Part shown: positions 1 through 5,496 of the stretch, piece after piece
Layout: every line of letters begins with the position of its first letter
How positions within the stretch are numbered: the first letter of the stretch is position 1
DNA from: Tubiluchus corallicola
Taxonomy: Eukaryota > Animalia > Priapulida
Assembly (NCBI GenBank): GCA_030141605.1
Contig: JAQGDQ010002259.1
Span: 1-5,496 of the forward strand
Direction of reading: 5' to 3'
Length of the DNA stretch: 5,496 bases
Program-made: the position numbers and the translations under genes
The notes under the pieces: model-generated
What the model was told of the DNA's origin: nothing
The model's input: only the letters and a program-made list of their open reading frames with translations
Databases searched by the model: none

Positions 1-88
1 GCAGACTGGGAATGTGAGTTAATGACATTCTACCACTTTGCGCGAACAGTTTAGATTATTAGGAATTTTCTTTTTTAGTTGCATTTTG

Positions 89-143
89 TCTTGTGTATAT
101 GATAATGTGTATTTTCTTGTGTATTATAATGTGTATATGATAA
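89..143. repeat. Short imperfect tandem duplication (~26 bp)
   Basis: TCTTGTGTATATGATAATGTGTAT at 89, TCTTGTGTATTATAATGTGTAT at 115, and TGTGTATATGATAA recurring at 130. Confidence 0.7.
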
Positions 144-504
144 GTATTAAATGATGTGTATTAAAGCAAGGCCTTAATAGAATGGAAGTTATTGTAGATG
201 AATTTTACATAGAAATGTTTTACTTTGTTTGATATCTTGTATTGAGCTATCAAATAATTAGGTATCAAGTGGGTTTATTTTGTTAGATTCTTGACAAGTT
301 TTAATTTAGTTTGGATGCAGCGAAATGGGTTAAATGCTGTGCAAATTCTTTGTTAAAAAGCAACAATGGCGAAAGGCAGTTTGCCAGCCGAATTTCACCA
401 TAGCTGGGAAATTAGGCGCGTAAAGTTTTTAATTTTCTGAAATCATTTTTTTCGTCAGAACATAAACGGTGCAAGTAGATTTCAATCAAACATTAAGAAA
501 AAAT

Positions 505-683
505 CGCTCTCGGCACTAATAGCTTCGAGAATTATTTGCTCTCCAATCGGTGTGAGCGCTCTCAAAATTAGTTTTGCAAGATATTTGCTCTCCTAGGAAA
601 AGAAAATAAACATTTCTGCCTCTAATAGCTAGGAGAATATGGGCATTTTTCATGTTATAAAATCCAAACAGAGAGAGCAATCT
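505..683 (-). repeat. Left copy of diverged inverted repeat (partner 3281-3466)
   Basis: Reverse complement of 643-683 (AGATTGCTCTCTCTGTTTGGATTTTATAACATGAAAAATGC) matches 3281-3321 at 37/41. Further shared blocks in the same order: AGCTATTAG.GGCAGA, TTATTTTCTTTTCCTA, TTTGAGAGC.CTCAC, AGAGCAAATAA..CTCGAAG.TATTAG, AGAGCG. Confidence 0.93.
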
Positions 684-788
684 CATGAAGATTCATCTTT
701 AAAGGAGGAATATCACTAAAATCAAGTTGAACATATTTTATAACTAACTTACCCGACAGTAATTCGGCTGCTGAATTAATGAGTAACT

Positions 789-873
789 AGCAAAGGCCCC
801 GCAAAAATTTTTGCTTATAAATACACGTATAATCAATAATACGCGAACATCCTACACAGTCCTTATTTATAAC
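789..873 (+). repeat. 85-bp direct repeat, copy 1 (copy 2 at 1243-1327)
   Basis: AGCAAAGGCCCCGCAAAA...ATTTATAAC; ungapped alignment by eye gives 7 mismatches in 85 nt (~92%). Confidence 0.97.
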
Positions 874-1088
874 TTCCCAGTCCACCTACACAGTCCACCC
901 ATGGCCCTTTCCCGTTCTTCAGATCTCAGGCGTATAACTTTTGCAAAAAAAGGTCGAAAAATTGCCATTTTCGGAGGTTTTTCGCCCCACCCCCCGTTCC
1001 TCGCGGTGCGCCAGATTTGAAAAATAAACCCCCAATGACACGACACTAGATCGAGACCTTTTGTTTGATCTATAGATCGCCGCAAATG

Positions 1089-1120
1089 GTGCCGTCGCCC
1101 GAGCTGTAGCCTCGAATCTT

Positions 1121-1125
<5 letters not shown>
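1089..1125 (+). repeat. Second direct repeat block, copy 1 (copy 2 at 1547-1583)
   Basis: GTGCCGTCGCCCGAGCTGTAGCCTCGAATCTTATATA vs GTGCCCTCGTCCGGGCTGTAGCCTCGAATCTTATATA (3 mismatches). Both are followed by an AT tract and then ACCA...ATTAATATA. Confidence 0.95.
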
Positions 1126-1183
<58 letters not shown>

Positions 1184-1220
1184 TATATCTGGTATATATA
1201 TAAATATATATATATATATA
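1120..1220. repeat. (AT)n microsatellite, interrupted
   Basis: About 100 bp of TA repeats with AAAT and CTGG interruptions. Confidence 0.99.
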
Positions 1221-1242
1221 CCAGTAGAATTAATATATGCGA

Positions 1243-1327
1243 AGCAAAGGCCCCGCAAAAGATTTTGCGTATAAATACACGTGTAATCAATAATACGCGA
1301 ACATCCTACCTAGTCCTCATTTATAAC
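1243..1327 (+). repeat. 85-bp direct repeat, copy 2
   Basis: Matches 789-873 at offset 454. Confidence 0.97.
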
Positions 1328-1546
1328 ACAAAGCCCGTAACATCATGCCTACTGTTTGTTTAACTAACGCAAAGCCTGTAGCTTTTTGCTGAATTATAAG
1401 CAGAGTAGAGAACAATGGATGACGTCACAACAATGCCTTTGCGTCAGCAGTTTTCTAAGCGAAAATTGCCGAAAATGGAACCTCTAATTAACTCGTCGGT
1501 ACTTCTCTCTGTGGACCTCCCCTCAAATATAGCCCACATCATCGAT

Positions 1547-1583
1547 GTGCCCTCGTCCGGGCTGTAGCCTCGAATCTTATATA
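1547..1583 (+). repeat. Second direct repeat block, copy 2
   Basis: Matches 1089-1125 at offset 458. Confidence 0.95.
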
Positions 1584-2472
1584 TTTATAAATAAATAAAT
1601 ATATATACCAAGAATATTAATATAAGAGATAGATAGATTAACTAAGGCATGGAGTAATGAGTAAGTCATGGAGCGCTCTTTGCGCCTCTCACGGGGAAAA
1701 CTGCGAAATAGTGCAGCCTGTGCAGTTATGACACAGACAAGAGTCTCGGGGCAGCAAATTCCTGCGCATTCTCATTGGCTGCTGGACTTGATGACGTTAA
1801 ATTAAAAAGGCAGAGTTGTTGAATAGCTCCAATAGCCAACAGCAACAAAGCTGTTCATAGTAGACAAACAGCTAAGTTGCCTTCCTCAACAAGAAAAGGA
1901 AAACAAAGACGTCCATCAACAAACCTGAGCTTGAAGAAAAAAAAGCATTTTGCAGACATTAGAGGGAAGGAATGCTGTTGTTTTAGAAGATGATGATTTT
2001 GAGCATGATTATGTTAACAAGAAACCTCGCTTAGTGCCTGAGCATACTTACCTGACTTCTGATAAACCCAAACACTAGGAAAACTCAGTACCGTAGCAAC
2101 TAAGATGTTGTATGTGTCAAATACATTCAATTGATGATCTTTCTTGGCATGCATGTATTATGTAAAATGAAGTGTTATTATCAATTTTGTTATAATTTTG
2201 CTTTATTCTTATAATTTTACTGAATTAACAGTAATAGTATAGTGCTATGTCACTAGTCTTCAAGAAAGTTAATATCAATGTTTTTAGGCTGTATTGTGCT
2301 ACTTAGTTTTTTTACCGCTTATTTTTCTAGCTGGTGGAGTTTTCTGCATAGGTAATTTTCTAAACGACAAAGAGGATGAGAACACTCACCCCATGAGAAA
2401 AACTAATCCAATCTTAGACCTGTTTATCTTTGTGATGGTTTGTTTTAGTTTTGCAAATAAGCGTCCAGTGTT

Positions 2473-2625
<153 letters not shown>

Positions 2626-2782
2626 TGATAACTGCGGCACGCATGAACGTTTCTAGTAGATTATGTGGGGTCCCATAATTTGTTTGCATCGTAGTATTGT
2701 AAACACATAAAGAAAAGTAAATTAAAGGTTTAAATATCTAATTATTTACTCACTTATTCATTTAATCAATTAATTAATTATC

Positions 2783-3285
2783 ATGACGGAGCAAACGGTC
2801 AGACTGAAATTTAGTAGCACCATGTTGGTGGCTGGACCCTCTCGTGCTAGGAAAACCACTTTTGTGAAAAATCTCGTCCTCTATAGGAGCGTGTTGTTTG
2901 ACAGCAAACCCCGGAGGGTGTTGTGGACATCCCGATCTCCGCCATCCGATGAGGAATATGGGCATGATGGACGGCCTACTCGAAATGGATGACGGACATG
3001 TTCATTGAGCTAGCGCACCATAAGACGTGTTTTGTGGTTTTCATCACTCAAAATCTTTTTCAGCAGAGCAAAGAATCGCGAACTCGCAGTCTAAACACGC
3101 ACTACCTGGTTTTGTTCAAAAATCCGCGCGACAAAATGCAGGCGGAAATGTTGGGTAGTCAAATGTATCCGGGTAAAACGAAATCTTTCATGGATGCATA
3201 CGAACGTGCCACCACGGTGCCATTTTCTTACGTGTCTTTGAGCACAGAGTTAGGCTAATGACATTTGAGGATGAAGACAAAGATT
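2783..3285 (+). pseudogene. Decayed Polinton/Maverick (adintovirus-like) FtsK-HerA/A32-type genome-packaging ATPase
   Basis: ORF 2783-2992 starts VRLKFSSTMLVAGPSRARKTTFVKNL...PRRVLW, resembling the family N-terminus as I recall it (RLKHPFTxxVAGPxGxGKT...PxRIxW). ORF 2989-3258 has MFIELAHHKTCFVVFITQNLFQQSKESRTRSLNTHYLVLFKNPRDKMQ...QMYPG...FMDAYERATTVPFSY, matching the recalled C-terminal motifs (LFxxxSHH, ITQNLF, RTxSLNxHYLVLFKNPRD, QMYPG, AYxxAT, PYxY). In frame after TAA TGA (3256-3261), HLRMKTKI (3262-3285) resembles the terminal xLRxRTxI motif. Lesions: Walker A GKT>RKT (AGG, 2849-2851), frameshift near 2927-2988, no hhhhDD Walker B, two stops. Confidence 0.9.
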
Positions 3286-3466
3286 GCTCTCACTGCTTGG
3301 ATTCTATAACTTGAAAAATGCACTCATCCTCCAAGCTATTAGCGGCAGAGAGCGCTTATTTTCTTTTCCTACCTGTGCAAATAATTTTCAAAGGATAGAA
3401 AGTTTGAGAGCCCTCACCAAGAAGGGAAGAGCAAATAACACTCGAAGGTATTAGCGGCCCAGAGCG
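3281..3466 (+). repeat. Right copy of diverged inverted repeat (partner 505-683)
   Basis: Colinear with the reverse complement of 505-683; roughly 75% identity by eye, with small indels. Confidence 0.93.
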
Positions 3467-3656
3467 CATTCTTTCTACCTGAGTAAATATTTTGCAAAGA
3501 AAATTTTCTAAAGAGCAGAACGCATGAGAGCACTCACCCCTGTGAAGAGCAATTAGAGGCAGAGAACGCTTATTATTTTCTAGCTGAGAAAATATTTTGC
3601 AAAGCCAATTATTTAAATGACAAAAGTTTAGCGAGCACTCACCCCCAGGGAAGAGC
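3338..3656 (+). repeat. Three diverged ~105-bp tandem units (3338-3449, 3450-3551, 3552-3656)
   Basis: Each unit starts ATTAG(C/A)GGC...AGA(G/A)CGC, then TTYCTA(C/G)CTG, AAATA..TT.CAAAG, GAGC(A/C)CTCACC and GAAGAGC. Confidence 0.9.
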
Positions 3657-4001
3657 TTAGAATTTTTCACCTTTGTGATGACCGCCTTTTATTTCGAAAA
3701 TAAGCACCAGACGCTATGACACTAATCCATCGTTTTCGTTCTCTTAGCGCCTGGGAAGCGAAAGGTATGTGACCTGGGAACAGACAAAAACTGCTTTACA
3801 GGGACTCTTCCCTATATTATTTGAACAAATTCAAAAGGGCCATTTCTGTTTTACCTTTAACAGATGATTATTTTTTCACAGTAAAAAGTGGTGAAAAAGT
3901 TTCACCAACATGTTAGTTCTGCAATTTTATATTTATTGAGCTGGGAATCTGTAAAGAGCATATTCCGTTTTAATGTGTCTTACCATTATACACATTGAAA
4001 C

Positions 4002-4157
<156 letters not shown>

Positions 4158-4347
4158 TTTTTTTCTGCCATGTAGGGGCGAGTTGAAAGGACAATGCAAG
4201 TGTGTAATTGCAGTAGTTGCAGTCGTGTGTGTAGCTTGATTTTCCTCGTTTCTCTCATGCGTTCGTCAATAATTAATTATTGTGGCACTTCTTTTAAAAT
4301 TGTCTAATTTGTAGCTTTTAATACCTGTAAGTTTAAATTAAAATGTA

Positions 4348-4408
4348 ATAAAAAACAAAAACAAAAGCAACAACAACAAGAACAACAACAATAAAAATAG
4401 TAATAATT
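4348..4408. repeat. A-rich low-complexity / short (AAC)n tract
   Basis: AAAAAC, CAA and TAA repeats read directly. Confidence 0.8.
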
Positions 4409-5061
4409 AAAGTGACTGCACCATCTTTGCAAATCAATAAAATTGTGACATAGAGTGTGACGTGACCCGCAGACTAGTCGCCTTTGATTGGCTAGGTAGA
4501 GTTGAAATATTATCTATTTTGAACATTGTTCTTGTTACTGTACATTGTTGTGAAGAGCCTGGTCAGAAATTACGACCGTGAAACCTGAATAAATTTGTAG
4601 TTTTAGTTAATTTTCTCCATGTGCTGTTTTTGACAATAGCGAAAATAAATATCACAATATTAGATGAACCAGTCTAACCATGAAAAGATAGATGAAACCA
4701 TATTGACGATTGTGACTATTGTGACTTCAGCATGTTTGAGCTGCTCAAAATGTTATGCACGTCCGAGAGGGAGAGGACGATCGGGTTATATACTTTATTT
4801 AAAGTCGGATGTACAACTGAAGAACATTAGCCAAATTAGCTATTCATACTGACTAAAATATCCTATGCTAAAAATTTTACTAAAATAGACATACAATATT
4901 ACTCAAATTGGAAGTAAAATCGTACGAACAAGGATAAAAACAAGACAGCCGCATATATTTAAAAAGGTGAGCATAACTTAATTCTGAGAATAAGAAAATA
5001 TTGTACGGAGATAAAAATATCAGAAAACACTAAAACTGTTTCACTAAATAATTTAGTATAG

Positions 5062-5277
5062 GAAATAAACGTTCAGAATGTTGCAGACCTTATGATGGTC
5101 AGTAACAGTGTCACTTTCTTGCAAAGTGATAAAATCGTCACCGAGCTATGATTTGCTTGACAAAAAAGGTTTGATACTGGTCCAGAAATCCTTTGAAGTT
5201 TGTCCACTATCACATCGTTCAAAGAAGTATTACCTTGTGTATTTCTTTCTTAGTGTAGTACAAAAGTTTCGCTGCTT
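5062..5277 (-). mobile_element. Decayed non-LTR retrotransposon (CR1/L2 group, Crack/Daphne-like) ORF2 fragment, endonuclease-RT linker
   Basis: One minus-strand frame from 5277 reads KQRNFCTTLRKKYTR*YFFERCDSGQTSKDFWTSIKPFLSSKS*LGDDFITLQESDTVTDHHKVCNILNVYF. This follows the recalled linker pattern KQRNxCxxLRxK...YF...FWxxIKPFLSxK...IxLxE...xDxxxVxNIxNxYF. Stops at 5230-5232 and 5146-5148. Confidence 0.82.
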
Positions 5278-5496
5278 GTCACAAGTTGGCATAGATGTAT
5301 GAGGGCACAAAAGACAAAAAAGGGGTGTTCCGCCATTGCACTATATTGTTTATGCTACATTATTTAAACTTGCTTTTTTCAAGTCTTGTGAAAATGATTA
5401 TAATAGCCTAACGATATTCACTGTTTAATTCTAAGACATCCACCTTGTGGATCTTGTAAAATTTTATTTTCATCAGCTTCAAGCTTTAGTCACCTG

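Larger units (their letters stand above)
787..1637 (-). mobile_element. Tandem pair of Helitron-like non-autonomous elements (unit A ~787-1242, unit B ~1243-1637)
   Basis: On the minus strand the block starts A|TCTATCTATCTC (1637) and ends CTAG|T (790-787), giving 5' TC, 3' CTRR and an A|T target. A palindrome GCAAAAATTTTTGC (801-814) lies 10 nt from the CTAG; unit B has the equivalent hairpin CGCAAAA-GA-TTTTGCG (1254-1269). These match Helitron terminal hallmarks. No Rep/helicase coding sequence is present, and the 5' TC position is ambiguous within the GATA repeat. Confidence 0.6.

Noticed and set aside
811-1085. ORFs 811-1020 (+) and 867-1085 (-)
   Set aside because: Short, non-ATG starts, inside a repeat unit, no motifs.
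919-1290. ORFs 919-1290 and 1070-1258 (poly-YI)
   Set aside because: Open only because of the (AT)n microsatellite.
1420-1427. CRE palindrome TGACGTCA
   Set aside because: A single 8-mer with no promoter context.
789-1637. CRISPR-like or LTR interpretation of the direct repeats
   Set aside because: Only two units, repeats and spacers far too long, no cas genes; no TG...CA ends, PBS or PPT.
2774-2965. 63-aa minus-strand ORF
   Set aside because: Antisense shadow of the ATPase pseudogene.
3356-3670. 104-aa minus-strand ORF with repeated LCKIF and GECS words
   Set aside because: Reflects the ~105-bp DNA repeat, whose units have frame-breaking lengths; no protein family recognised.
3889-3907. 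Hairpin TGGTGAAA-AAG-TTTCACCA
   Set aside because: Isolated 8-bp stem with no U-tract; bacterial terminators are not relevant in this context.
4450-4570. Possible Harbinger/MITE-like internal words (GATTGGCT...AGTTGAAA)
   Set aside because: No TIR pair or TSD could be defined.
4664-5302. ORFs 4664-4852 and 5108-5302 (+)
   Set aside because: The first has no recognisable motif and includes a 9-bp micro-repeat (TGACGATTG/TGACTATTG); the second is antisense to the LINE fragment.

Overview
AT-rich, repeat-dense DNA that looks like non-coding eukaryotic (probably invertebrate animal) genome. No intact protein-coding gene is supportable, and most ORFs in the track are microsatellite artefacts. 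Main contents: (1) a decayed Polinton/Maverick (adintovirus)-type DNA-packaging ATPase at about 2783-3285 (+), with a mutated Walker A, no Walker B, a frameshift and stops; (2) a diverged ~180-bp inverted repeat pair (505-683 vs 3281-3466) built from ~105-bp units, whose right copy starts where the ATPase homology ends; (3) a head-to-tail pair of Helitron-like non-autonomous units (787-1637, minus strand) sharing both ends but with unrelated, near equal-length middles; (4) a decayed CR1/L2-group LINE ORF2 fragment at 5062-5277 (-), absent from the ORF track; (5) long (AT)n, (GA)n and (AAT)n microsatellites. Family assignments rest on motif recognition by eye, not database searches.
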